Both the position numbers and the translations under genes were made by a program. A DNA stretch of 64,000 nucleotides from contig CALWEZ010000029.1 of NCBI GenBank assembly GCA_944377455.1, forward strand, positions 1,907 to 65,906, given 5' to 3'. The number at the start of each line of letters is the position of its first letter. Within the stretch, counting starts at the first letter, position 1. This DNA comes from an uncultured Clostridia bacterium. Its GTDB lineage: Bacteria; Bacillota; Clostridia; Christensenellales; UBA1242. A model generated the notes under the pieces. That model was not told the DNA's origin and searched no databases. It was given only the letters and a program-made list of their open reading frames with translations. This document shows positions 1-9,163 of the stretch, one piece after another.

Positions 1-209
1 TTATCAAGGAAATTAAAAACACGCTTGAAATCGGCAGGAAAGTCACCGAACAGCACTTATCAAAACGCGACATACCGCTTGAAATTGACAGGCTGACTTC
101 GATGATGAAAATCGCTTCATCTCAACTTGACTTTGAACGCGCGATTGAACTTCGTAACAAAATTGCGCAACTTAAAAAGCGATTGAATAAGAAGGAAGAA
201 ATAGAGTAA
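1..209 (+). CDS. uvrB: excinuclease ABC subunit B, C-terminal fragment entering from upstream of the window
   Basis: The frame is open from the window edge (codons from nt 3) to TAA at 207-209. The translation ...SSQLDFERAIELRNKIAQLKKRLNKKEEIE resembles the C-terminal UVR motif of UvrB. It lies directly upstream of uvrA. Confidence 0.7.
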   Translation, partial: IKEIKNTLEIGRKVTEQHLSKRDIPLEIDRLTSMMKIASSQLDFERAIELRNKIAQLKKRLNKKEEIE

Positions 210-493
210 AAACAAAAAACATCAAAAAAATGCTTAAAAATTCAATTTTTTCTTAAAAAATAGGTAAATTTTTGATGTTTTTTCTAATTTAATTAAACAA
301 TTTTTTTAATTAAAATTTTGTTGTATATACCAAATTACTTTGAAAAATTTATATTTAATTAATTCCTAATTTGTTTTTTTATTAGCAATATTTATGGTGT
401 TAATTGGTGTTGGTTTTTGTGGTATTTTTGAATTTTAAGTTTTATCACATTTTAAAAAATTATATATCGGCACTTGTTTTCTTATTAAATTTG

Positions 494-502
494 TGGTATA
501 AT
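494..502 (+). promoter_or_regulatory. extended -10 element (TGgTATAAT) 9 nt upstream of the uvrA ATG; candidate leaderless or very short leader transcript
   Basis: TGGTATAAT at 494-502, a weak -35-like TTGTTT at 474-479 (17-bp spacer), and no Shine-Dalgarno between 503 and 511. Confidence 0.4.
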
Positions 503-511
503 ATATAGACT

Positions 512-3352
512 ATGAAAAATCAAATTATAATTAAGGGTGCAAGGGAGAATAATTTAAAGAATGTTAATCTTACTTTGCCGAGAGATAAGTTTATTGTGTT
601 CACAGGGGTGAGTGGCTCGGGGAAGAGTTCGCTTGCTTTTGGCACGATTTTTGCCGAAGGGCAGAGAAAGTATATGGAGAGCCTTTCTTCATATGCGCGT
701 ATGTTCCTAGGTCAAAGTCAAAAGCCAGATGTCGACTCGATTGAAGGGCTTTCGCCGGCAATTTCCATTGACCAAAAGACGACCAACCACAATCCGCGCT
801 CCACTGTTGGCACGGTGACGGAGATATATGACTATTTTAGGCTACTTTTTGCCAACATCGGCACGCCGTATTGCCCAAACTGCCATAAGAAGATTGTGCC
901 ACAGACTATCGACCAAATTGTCGACAGCATTAAAGGTTATGGCGAAGGTGCAAAAGTTTCCATTTTGGCGCCAGTTGTGCGTGGACAAAAGGGCACGCAG
1001 GCAAAACTTTTTGATAGTTTGAAAAAGAGCGGTTTTACGCGTGTGGAGGTGGACAACTTTATACACCTACTTGATGATGAGATAAATCTTGACAAAAACT
1101 TGAAGCACAATGTTAATGTCATCATTGACCGTATAACAATAAAGGAAGGTAAGGACGCGCGCCTTGCTGGGAGTCTAGAAACAGCATTGAAACTTGCTGA
1201 CGGACTTGTGATTGCAAAAACAGAAGAGAGGGAAGATTTATATTCCATCAACTATGCTTGCCCAACTTGTGGCTGGACGCTTGGCGAACTTACGCCACGC
1301 CTATTTTCCTTTAACGCTCCGTATGGCGCTTGTCCAACCTGTTTAGGTTTAGGCTTCAACAGCGACATCGACGAGAATGCGGTGCTTAAAAATTCCAATC
1401 TTTCCATAAATCAAGGAGCGTTTAACATCACTGGCTGGAAGAGCGAAGAGGGGAGTATGGCGTGGGCATATTTTGAGGCGCTCTCACGAAAATATGACAT
1501 CGATTTAGACACGCCTGTTCGTGATTTATCACGCGACAAAATCGACATTCTTCTCTATGGCACAAAGGACAACACGATTGAACTTGAAGTTTCAAGTGAT
1601 AGGCAGAAGCAATGGAGTAAACGCTTTATCACAGCCACGTTTGAGGGCATTGTCAACAATTTAAGAAGAAGATACAAGGAGACAAACAGCGAGTGGGTTA
1701 AGTTTGAGATTGGCAGGTTTATGCGCGAGCAACCATGCGTGACTTGCCATGGCAAAAGATTAAACGAAAGCGCGCTCTCTGTGAAGATTGACGGAAAAGA
1801 TATTTACGATTTCTGCAACGAGAGTGTAAAAAATTTACTGCCGATGATTAGAAATCTTAAACTAGACAAGACCAAGGCGACCATTGCTGAGCCGATTGTG
1901 AAAGAAATTTTAAATCGTTTGCAATTTTTGGAAGATGTTGGGCTTAACTATTTGACCTTATCGCGCTCGGCGGACACGCTCTCGGGCGGTGAAGCGCAGA
2001 GAATTAGGCTGGCAACTCAAATTGGCAGTGGCTTGGTCGGCGTGACCTACATCTTGGACGAGCCATCGATTGGCTTGCACCAACGCGACAATGAAAAACT
2101 CCTTCGAACGCTTAAAAATTTGAAAGATTTAGGTAACACTGTTATTGTGGTTGAGCATGACGAGGACACGATACGCGCGGCGGACTATCTTGTTGATGTT
2201 GGTCCATATGCTGGCGTGCATGGCGGTGAGATTGTGGCGGCTGGGACTGTCAATGAGGTTATGAAAAACAAAAAGTCGGTCACGGCAAGATTTTTGCGTG
2301 GCGAGGACAAGATTGAAATTCCTTTGTCGCGCCGACAACCTAAGGACTACATCACCATAAAGGGCACTAAGGAAAATAACTTAAAGAACATCACTGTTAA
2401 AATCCCGACTGGTGTGTTTACAGCGGTGACTGGTGTTTCTGGAAGCGGAAAAAGTTCGCTTATCAATCGAATTTTGTTTCCATACCTATCTAACCAACTT
2501 AACAACAGCAAACTACCACTTGGCAACTGCTCTAAGATTGAAAATGTGGAAGCGGTCGACAAGGTTATATGCATTGACCAAGCGCCGATTGGTAGAACTC
2601 CGCGAAGCAATCCTGCCACATACACTGGTGTGTTCACGGCAATTAGAGAACTTTTTGCTTCCACGGTCGATGCTAAGACGAAAGGGTATAGTGCAGGGCG
2701 TTTCTCTTTTAATGTGAAAGGCGGAAGATGTGAGGCGTGCGAAGGTGCTGGCGTCAAAGAGATTGAGATGTATTTCTTGCCAGATATCACCGTGCCGTGC
2801 GAGGTATGTAAGGGCAAGAGATATAACCGTGAAACTTTGGAAGTTAAGTATAAGGGCAAGTCGATAAGCGATGTGCTTGATATGACAGTGGAAGAAGCAC
2901 TCAAATTCTTTGAGAATATTCCTTCCGTTTTGAACAAAATTCAATCGCTATATGATGTTGGACTTGGATATATTAAGTTAGGACAGCCTGCAACCGAACT
3001 TTCTGGCGGTGAGGCTCAAAGGGTTAAACTAGCAACAGAACTCAGTAAGCGCGAAACGGGTAAGACAATGTATATCTTGGATGAGCCGACCACAGGGCTA
3101 CACGTCTATGACATCAAAAAGTTGGTGACAATTTTAAATAGGCTTATCGGCAATGGCAACTCGGTTGTGGTCATCGAGCATAACCTTGATGTGATAAAAT
3201 GCGCGGACTACATTATCGACATGGGTCCAGAGGGCGGAGATGAGGGCGGAACAGTGGTGACCACAGGAACGCCTGAGGAAGTAGCCGAATGCGAAAAGAG
3301 TTACACAGGGCAATTCTTGAAAAAGATTTTAGAAGAAAACAAAAATGCATAA
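512..3352 (+). CDS. uvrA: excinuclease ABC subunit A
   Basis: 946-aa ORF with two ABC ATPase modules (GVSGSGKSSL twice, LSGGEAQR twice) and Cys-rich zinc modules (CPTCGW..CPTC; CEACEGAG..CEVCKGKR). The N-terminus IIIKGARENNLKNV is typical of UvrA. Confidence 0.97.
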   Translation: MKNQIIIKGARENNLKNVNLTLPRDKFIVFTGVSGSGKSSLAFGTIFAEGQRKYMESLSSYARMFLGQSQKPDVDSIEGLSPAISIDQKTTNHNPRSTVGTVTEIYDYFRLLFANIGTPYCPNCHKKIVPQTIDQIVDSIKGYGEGAKVSILAPVVRGQKGTQAKLFDSLKKSGFTRVEVDNFIHLLDDEINLDKNLKHNVNVIIDRITIKEGKDARLAGSLETALKLADGLVIAKTEEREDLYSINYACPTCGWTLGELTPRLFSFNAPYGACPTCLGLGFNSDIDENAVLKNSNLSINQGAFNITGWKSEEGSMAWAYFEALSRKYDIDLDTPVRDLSRDKIDILLYGTKDNTIELEVSSDRQKQWSKRFITATFEGIVNNLRRRYKETNSEWVKFEIGRFMREQPCVTCHGKRLNESALSVKIDGKDIYDFCNESVKNLLPMIRNLKLDKTKATIAEPIVKEILNRLQFLEDVGLNYLTLSRSADTLSGGEAQRIRLATQIGSGLVGVTYILDEPSIGLHQRDNEKLLRTLKNLKDLGNTVIVVEHDEDTIRAADYLVDVGPYAGVHGGEIVAAGTVNEVMKNKKSVTARFLRGEDKIEIPLSRRQPKDYITIKGTKENNLKNITVKIPTGVFTAVTGVSGSGKSSLINRILFPYLSNQLNNSKLPLGNCSKIENVEAVDKVICIDQAPIGRTPRSNPATYTGVFTAIRELFASTVDAKTKGYSAGRFSFNVKGGRCEACEGAGVKEIEMYFLPDITVPCEVCKGKRYNRETLEVKYKGKSISDVLDMTVEEALKFFENIPSVLNKIQSLYDVGLGYIKLGQPATELSGGEAQRVKLATELSKRETGKTMYILDEPTTGLHVYDIKKLVTILNRLIGNGNSVVVIEHNLDVIKCADYIIDMGPEGGDEGGTVVTTGTPEEVAECEKSYTGQFLKKILEENKNA

Positions 3353-3368
3353 ATCTATGCATTTTTTT
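3341..3368 (+). terminator. intrinsic terminator after uvrA
   Basis: Stem ATGCATA (3345-3351) / TATGCAT (3356-3362) with a 4-nt loop, A-run before and T7 run after. It overlaps the uvrA stop codon. Confidence 0.6.
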
Positions 3369-3519
3369 GCTTTTTTTGTGAGAATATGCTATAATAATTG
3401 ATGTTTTAAGGCTAAGTTAATAAAATCGTATAGAGTTAATAAAATTATATGTAGATTATTTAATTGATGCTTTATAGAAATAATTAAAAGTCGAAATTTA
3501 AAAGGTTGACCAAAAAGAA

Positions 3520-4302
3520 GTGAGAGTTTTTAATTTATCATCTGGCAGTGACGGAAATGCCACATATATTGAAACGGAACATGCACGAATGCTTGTGGAT
3601 GATGGTATTTCATGCACTGAAACGGTGAAAAGGCTCAACCTTATCGGTGTGAGTGGGGAGAGTATTGACGCCATCATATTGACACATGAGCATACCGACC
3701 ATATGAAAGGTGTTGATGTTTTTTCGAAGAAATTTAACACGCCTATCTATGCTCATAACGATGTTTGGAAAGGGGTATATCCAAAATTGAGCAAGGCTTC
3801 GGAAGGTAATATGCGTATATTTGACGGCGACTTTGACATAAAGGACTTAATCATCTCGCCAGTGGAGATTCCACATGATGTTAAATGCTTTGGTTTCACC
3901 ATTGAAAACGGCGATAGCAAGGTGAGTTTGCTCACCGATTTAGGTCACACCACCGACAAGATTTTAAGTAGCGTTAAGGGAAGTCAACTTGTCTATCTCG
4001 AAGCAAATCACGACATAAATATGCTAAAAAACTGTGAAAAATACCCACTTTCTCTTAGGATGCGTATTGCGGGCAAAAACGGTCACCTTTCCAACGATGC
4101 TTCGGCGGAGTTTGCGGAAAAACTTGTGGAAAGTGGCACAAGACAACTTGTTCTCTCTCACCTAAGCCGAGAGAACAACACGCCAGAACTTGCTTATACC
4201 TACATATCCAAAAAACTTGCCGATGACGGAATAATCGAAGGCACGCATGTGAAAATTGATGTTGCTCTGACCGTTCCTGTGAGAATTTTTAGGTTAAAGT
4301 GA
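3520..4302 (+). CDS. MBL-fold metallo-hydrolase (YycJ/WalJ-like)
   Basis: 260-aa ORF with a GTG start, the HxHxDH motif (THEHTDHMKG) and the typical N-terminus LSSGSDGNATYIE. Confidence 0.8.
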   Translation: MRVFNLSSGSDGNATYIETEHARMLVDDGISCTETVKRLNLIGVSGESIDAIILTHEHTDHMKGVDVFSKKFNTPIYAHNDVWKGVYPKLSKASEGNMRIFDGDFDIKDLIISPVEIPHDVKCFGFTIENGDSKVSLLTDLGHTTDKILSSVKGSQLVYLEANHDINMLKNCEKYPLSLRMRIAGKNGHLSNDASAEFAEKLVESGTRQLVLSHLSRENNTPELAYTYISKKLADDGIIEGTHVKIDVALTVPVRIFRLK

Positions 4303-4315
4303 GAAAGGAGTTTTA

Positions 4316-5029
4316 GTGAAAAAACGAATTTTTATCCCTTGCTCTATTGGATTTTTGTTGCTTGAAACATTTCTTTTAGCACTTAGCATAATTATGTTAA
4401 TCATTTTTATATTACCATATTTTGGTATTGATTTATCATCAAAAAGCTGGGAATTGTATGAAGATATCTTATTCGCTATCGCTATAATATTTTTGCTATA
4501 TTCTTCAATAAGATTTCTATTAGCATTTAAAATTCATCTACGTAAAGATAATATAGCAACATTCGGAGATGGACTTCCAAAGTTTGAGAAAATTCAATAT
4601 AAATGTTTTGTTAAATATACGGATATTCAAAATATTGCTATCGTGGCAAGTTAAAAGAATTCTAAAAATCAAAGAATTCAATTAAGATGGATTTCTTCTT
4701 CTATGCCTAGGAAATATTTGGAATTTACCTTGATAAATGGCAAGAAAAACAGAATGTGTATTAACTATTACACAAAAAAGCAAATAACAAAAATGTTAAA
4801 CTATATTAACTCAAACATGCAACTTGCAGGTAATGAAAATAGTTTAAATGTTGAAGAAATTATGAAAGATTGGTATTCTTATGGCGGATACAACAGAGAA
4901 GATTTGAAGTTAAAAAGGGGAGAAAAAATCCGCAAAAAAAAGAAGATAAAGAGCAAGAGGACGAAAAACCTATCGACGAAAGCGAGAATGGAAACGATTA
5001 GATTGAAAAAAGAAATCTTCTTTAAGTAA
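4316..5029 (+). pseudogene. two-TM membrane protein gene interrupted by a single in-frame TAA (4652-4654); ORFs 4316-4654 and 4703-5029 share one frame
   Basis: 4316 and 4703 are in the same phase (difference 387 nt), and the 16 codons between the TAA and the next ATG contain no further stop. The paralogous intact gene at 5782-6252 has a soluble domain that aligns across the stop position. SD AAAGGAG precedes the GTG start. Confidence 0.5.
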
Positions 5030-5081
5030 CATAGTAGTTGAAAAAGTATTATAATTATGTTAATATATAATTAGGAGTTAA

Positions 5082-5762
5082 ATGGTGGAAGATATAAATA
5101 ATCTGTTTGAAGAATTAAAAGTTAAGAAAAGCGAAATATTCTATATCACAGAGGTGGCGGAGCAATATATTGTTGGCGTAAATGGTGAAAAACGCATTTA
5201 TCAAAAAAATGAATATCAGCCAAAGAAGATTAATTATATTTACACTGAAAAAGACGCATTAAATAGTATGTTTTGGAAGATTAAAAATGCGCTTATAACG
5301 AACAATTTACAAGACGAGCAGATTGATGACTTAAGAAACAAGGTGGAGAGTGTTATAAAAAGATGTGTCGATGTTGGCTATCATGCTGTTGGGCTTGAAT
5401 ATATTTCACTTTTAGGGCAAGGCAGGTTGGCAACAAAGAGTGCTAAACAAGAGCAAATTGATGAGAAAGTTAAAACTTATCTTATGGAAACAGTAAGAGG
5501 TTACGCTATGCGCTCGATAACTTGCGGAAAGGTTTATAAAGATAGGGTGATAAACAATATTATCAAACCTATGCAAAGTTTAAAATTTGGAGAAAAGGCA
5601 TCACAGATACCAATCCAAGAGTTTGTTGATAGATACAATAAATCTAACTTTTCTGTGCGAGATTATGATAGTCAAGATGACAAGTTAATAAAAATTTCTC
5701 CGCTTGACCAAATTTTATCTGGCGACTTAGAAAAGGTTAAACCAAAAGAGAAGATGATTTAA
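5082..5762 (+). CDS. hypothetical protein (226 aa, no recognisable motif)
   Basis: Long ORF with SD (TTAGGAGTTAAATG). No family recognised. Confidence 0.55.
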   Translation: MVEDINNLFEELKVKKSEIFYITEVAEQYIVGVNGEKRIYQKNEYQPKKINYIYTEKDALNSMFWKIKNALITNNLQDEQIDDLRNKVESVIKRCVDVGYHAVGLEYISLLGQGRLATKSAKQEQIDEKVKTYLMETVRGYAMRSITCGKVYKDRVINNIIKPMQSLKFGEKASQIPIQEFVDRYNKSNFSVRDYDSQDDKLIKISPLDQILSGDLEKVKPKEKMI

Positions 5763-5781
5763 GATAGTTGTAAAGGTAATT

Positions 5782-6252
5782 ATGAAAAAAGAAATGTTCG
5801 TTATGCAGGATATATGGGCGTTATTTGGGTTGCCAGTTTTAAGTTTTGTGTCCAGTATCATTTTGCTTATTTTAAGAGAATGGTTTCCAGCACTTTTCTG
5901 CTTTTTGCTCGGTTTGTTGTTTACAATTCCGTTGGTAATTTGGAGAAAATTGTTTTTTGCAAAGATACGATTAACCGACGAAGGAGTATGCAGATTTTTC
6001 GGTGATGAAATTATTAATAAAATATGTTGGAATGATATTGTTGAAGTGCGTGTGCTAGCAAAGCGATGTGTGTATTTTCTCGATAAACCATATGACGAGA
6101 AGGTCATTCCGCTAAATTACAAAACAAACATTTGCTTTAATCTCACAAAGAAGAATTTTGCTAATTTGTTACAATTTAAAGAAAAGTTTAAAGATAAAAT
6201 TACCGATATTTCGCTTTTGAGTGAAAGTCAAAAAAGATTATTATTAGATTAA
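5782..6252 (+). CDS. hypothetical membrane protein, paralog of the interrupted 4316-5029 gene
   Basis: Two N-terminal hydrophobic helices followed by a soluble domain (RLTDEGVCRFFGDEIINKICWNDIVEVRVLA...). This is the same architecture as the 4316 gene. Confidence 0.55.
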   Translation: MKKEMFVMQDIWALFGLPVLSFVSSIILLILREWFPALFCFLLGLLFTIPLVIWRKLFFAKIRLTDEGVCRFFGDEIINKICWNDIVEVRVLAKRCVYFLDKPYDEKVIPLNYKTNICFNLTKKNFANLLQFKEKFKDKITDISLLSESQKRLLLD

Positions 6253-6253
6253 A

Positions 6254-6285
6254 AAAATCTAGCTTTAGTTATGGCTAGATTTTTA
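6254..6285 (+). terminator. intrinsic terminator after the 5782-6252 gene
   Basis: Stem ATCTAGC (6257-6263) / GCTAGAT (6274-6280), A-run before and TTTT after. Confidence 0.6.
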
Positions 6286-6475
6286 ATTTAGTAGATATAG
6301 TTTCTTATTATATTTTCTCCTTTTAATTTTTTTCTCGCCTTAATTATATCAAAACTCTAGCAAAAAGTAAAAATAAATTTGGGAACTATTTTTAATTTTA
6401 ATACAAATTTCTGTTGTGCCCAAGATTTTTGTGACGCTGGTCAAGAGTTTATAGTGTTTAACCGCCTGTAGTAAT

Positions 6476-6506
6476 AAAATATTCTCTTTTTAGAGAATGT
6501 TTTTTT
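6476..6506 (+). terminator. orphan intrinsic terminator with no ORF of 60 aa or more upstream of it
   Basis: Stem ATTCTCT (6481-6487) / AGAGAAT (6492-6498) with a 4-nt loop, A/T extension and a T7 run (6500-6506). It lies about 220 nt after the previous terminator. Confidence 0.5.
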
Positions 6507-6626
6507 GAAATAATATGGTATAATAAAATTTAGTTAAAATAATTTAATTATTTTACGAAAAGAAAGGAAAAACACTTGTTTTTTTCACAAAGGTTGTGGT
6601 AAAATATATAGGAAAGTGAGGCATCT

Positions 6627-7085
6627 ATGAGAACAAAGAATAAAATAGATTGTATTTACAAAAATTTCAAACTTATGGTTTACCAAAGCGTGTTTAAGGA
6701 CTTGAAAGAAAAGGAAAACGGCGAACTTTCCTCTTCTGAATTTTTCTGCCTTGAATGTATCTATCTTTTGGATAATCCGACCATAACAGAGTTTGCAAAC
6801 TTTTTGGACATCTCTTCGCCTAATGCCACTTACAAGGTTAAGCAACTCATTAAGAAGGGCTATATCAAAAAGGAAAAGAGCAAGCATGACGGAAGAGAAT
6901 TTAGAATTGTTCCAACTGAAAAGTTTTATGAGTTCTATGGCAACAACGCCAACTACGGCGAACTAATTTTGAACAACATCGAAAAGTCGCTTGAAAAGGA
7001 TGATGTGAAGAAGATAGACAAGGTTTTGGATGTTTTAATCGAAAAGGTCTTTAAGCCTAGAAGAAAAAAGAAAGCGAAAGCGTAA
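6627..7085 (+). CDS. MarR-family winged-helix transcriptional regulator
   Basis: 152 aa. The helix-turn-helix/wing stretch ITEFANFLDISSPNATYKVKQLIKKGYIKKEKSKHDGREFRIVPTEK is typical of MarR-like proteins. Confidence 0.65.
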   Translation: MRTKNKIDCIYKNFKLMVYQSVFKDLKEKENGELSSSEFFCLECIYLLDNPTITEFANFLDISSPNATYKVKQLIKKGYIKKEKSKHDGREFRIVPTEKFYEFYGNNANYGELILNNIEKSLEKDDVKKIDKVLDVLIEKVFKPRRKKKAKA

Positions 7086-7104
7086 GATTTGAAAAGTATT
7101 TAAT

Positions 7105-7150
7105 AAAACTCCTATGGCGTATTATATTGTCATAGAAGTTTTTATTTTTC
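7105..7150. terminator. imperfect bidirectional hairpin between convergent MarR-like gene and glmM
   Basis: Stem AAACT-CTATG / CATAG-AGTTT with one mismatch and a 14-nt loop, followed by a T-run. Weak. Confidence 0.35.
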
Positions 7151-7192
7151 AACGAAGTTTTTTCAACATCACTGGGAAATGCTTGCATTTTC

Positions 7193-8491
7193 TCAAATCT
7201 TCATCACAAAGCTTTTAATCTCTTTGGCGTATTTTTTGGTCTTATTGAGGCTCATATGTTCCACCATAATTCTAATCTTATTCTCCGTTCCGCTCGCACG
7301 GACTAAAACTCTGCCAGCAGGACCCATTGCACAGGAGATGTTGGATAGGAGAAGTCTTAATTCTTCGTTGTTCATAACCTTCATCTTGTCGCGCACAACA
7401 CAGTTGATGTTTGTCTGCGGAAGTAGGTTGGCGTCGAAGAGTTCGGAGAGTGTTTTATCTTCTTTTGCGATGACATTTGCAAGGCTTATCGCGGTCAAAA
7501 TTCCGTCGCCAGTCCTTATCTTATCGCGCAGGATGATGTGCCCAGACTGTTCGCCACCGAGCGACAAATTCATCTTTTCCATGGCGTCGATAACATATTT
7601 GTCGCCGATGTCGGTGCGAATTAGATTTATTTTGTGCTTGTTGAGCGCGGTCATAATGCCACTATTCGTGTGGCTTGTGCCGACCACGGTGTTGGCGTAG
7701 AGTTTGCCTTCTGATTTCATCTTTTTTGCGAGTATATATAAGATTTTGTCGCCGTCAAAGATTTCTCCATTGCCGTCCACCGCGATGAGCCTGTCGGCGT
7801 CGCCATCAAAAGCAAAACCGAAGTCCGCTTTTTTGCGTTTCACAAAATTCACCAAATTTTCGATATGCAGACTGCCACAATTTTCGTTAATAAGTTCGCC
7901 TTTATTCTTTCCACCAGTGACAAAAACTGTGGCACCTAAACTTTTGAAGATGTGCGGAGCGATTTTGTAGGCTGAACCATTACTACAATCAAGGCAAATT
8001 TTAAACTTTTCCAAAGTTCTTTCCGAGCAGGATAAAAGATATTGTATGTAAGCGGAAACCAACTTTTTTTGAGTGTATTTTCCTAAAGTGGCTGTCTCTA
8101 TTTTGGTAGAAAAATAACTTTCAAGTTTACTTTCCTCGTCATCGTTCATCTTTTGTCCGTTATTTTTGAAAATCTTAATGCCGTTATACATAGGTGGATT
8201 GTGCGAGGCAGAAATCATCACGCCGTAGTCATAGCAAAGCGTTTCGGTGAGATAGGATATGCAGGCCGTGGGCACAATTCCAATGTCAATAACATCTCCG
8301 CCACCAAGCATAACACCAACACCAAGCGAGCATTTTAAAATGTCGGACGATAGGCGTGTGTCAGAACCTATCAAAATTTTCGGCTTTGCTTTAACTTGAC
8401 AAAGCGCGTTTCCCACATTTTCGGCAAGTTTCGGCGTCAGCGTCTGCCCAAATATTCCACGTATGCCATCCGTTCCAAAAAAATTTCCCAT
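7193..8491 (-). CDS. glmM: phosphoglucosamine mutase
   Basis: 432 aa with the N-terminus FGTDGIRG, the active-site serine loop SASHNPPMYNGIK, the metal loop FDGDADR and GEQSGH. SD AGGAG lies upstream. Confidence 0.93.
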   Translation of the reverse strand: MGNFFGTDGIRGIFGQTLTPKLAENVGNALCQVKAKPKILIGSDTRLSSDILKCSLGVGVMLGGGDVIDIGIVPTACISYLTETLCYDYGVMISASHNPPMYNGIKIFKNNGQKMNDDEESKLESYFSTKIETATLGKYTQKKLVSAYIQYLLSCSERTLEKFKICLDCSNGSAYKIAPHIFKSLGATVFVTGGKNKGELINENCGSLHIENLVNFVKRKKADFGFAFDGDADRLIAVDGNGEIFDGDKILYILAKKMKSEGKLYANTVVGTSHTNSGIMTALNKHKINLIRTDIGDKYVIDAMEKMNLSLGGEQSGHIILRDKIRTGDGILTAISLANVIAKEDKTLSELFDANLLPQTNINCVVRDKMKVMNNEELRLLLSNISCAMGPAGRVLVRASGTENKIRIMVEHMSLNKTKKYAKEIKSFVMKI

Positions 8492-8542
8492 AAAAAAATC
8501 TCCTATCTAATTAGATATGAGATTTAAGATTTTATTGTTAAT

Positions 8543-8992
8543 TTATATCGACTTTTTAAGTGTGTCCATGATGATTTTAAAACTTTTATCCGCTGTCGCC
8601 AAATCGTTGGTGTTCTCGTTGTGGCGGTAGACAACAAACTTTTGATATAAAAATTCGGTTACAAAGTTGATTATCATGGAAAACGCGGTGACTAAAATAT
8701 CTTCCACACCAGCGTTTTCAAGGGCGTGACCCCACCAAGTTGAAAGCGGTGTGAAGGCGAGATAGTATAGAAAGACAAGCGACATCGCAAGCGGAATGTT
8801 CTTCGCGCTTTTGAAGGTGTAACGCCTATTGAATGTGAAATTCCAAACTACTGACAGCACTAAGGAAATGAGGTAGGCGACCCAGTAGTTCCAATGAATA
8901 ACATAGTCGAACAGCGAAAATGTTCCAATTTGGATAACGCCGGCCGAGATAGAAAAAAGAGTAAATTTGATAACCTGTTTAAAATTCTGCAT
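8543..8992 (-). CDS. GtrA-family membrane protein
   Basis: Four hydrophobic helices and the GtrA-like signature NFTFNRRYTFKS. Start placed at ATG 8992 (MQNFKQ) rather than the upstream TTG of the ORF track. Only 51 nt separate it from glmM, so the two are probably an operon. Confidence 0.7.
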   Translation of the reverse strand: MQNFKQVIKFTLFSISAGVIQIGTFSLFDYVIHWNYWVAYLISLVLSVVWNFTFNRRYTFKSAKNIPLAMSLVFLYYLAFTPLSTWWGHALENAGVEDILVTAFSMIINFVTEFLYQKFVVYRHNENTNDLATADKSFKIIMDTLKKSI

Positions 8993-8998
8993 GCTTAC

Positions 8999-9027
8999 AT
9001 TATACAATACTTAAAAAATTTTAACAA
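8999..9027 (-). promoter_or_regulatory. sigma-A-like promoter (TTGTTA-17-TATAAT) ending 6 nt before the GtrA ATG; candidate leaderless mRNA
   Basis: The minus strand reads TTGTTA(9027-9022)...TATAAT(9004-8999)GTAAGCATG. There is no SD. Confidence 0.35.
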
Positions 9028-9148
9028 CTAATTTGGTAAAATTACAAAATTAATTCTTTTTTTTAATAATAAAAGTTCGCTTAATATGTGAATTAAGAAA
9101 TTTAAATGGGTATTTTCCTTTAAATCACTTTAATAGTGAAAAATTTTA

Positions 9149-9157
9149 TGCTATAAT
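9149..9157 (+). promoter_or_regulatory. extended -10 (TGcTATAAT) ending 6 nt before the engB ATG; candidate leaderless mRNA
   Basis: TGCTATAAT at 9149-9157, then TAAATT, then ATG at 9164. There is no SD. Confidence 0.4.
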
Positions 9158-9163
9158 TAAATT

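Noticed and set aside
7179-7700. The ORF track lists long antisense or overlapping ORFs, for example 7179-7700 opposite glmM, 2347-2937 and 2513-2944 in uvrA, 11881-12486 in ppdK, 48383-49120 in the VirB4-like gene, and many short ones inside the giant gene.
   Set aside because: Each lies entirely inside a confidently identified gene on the other strand or in another frame. They have no SD and show shadow-ORF composition (rich in S, L, F and C). They were treated as non-coding.
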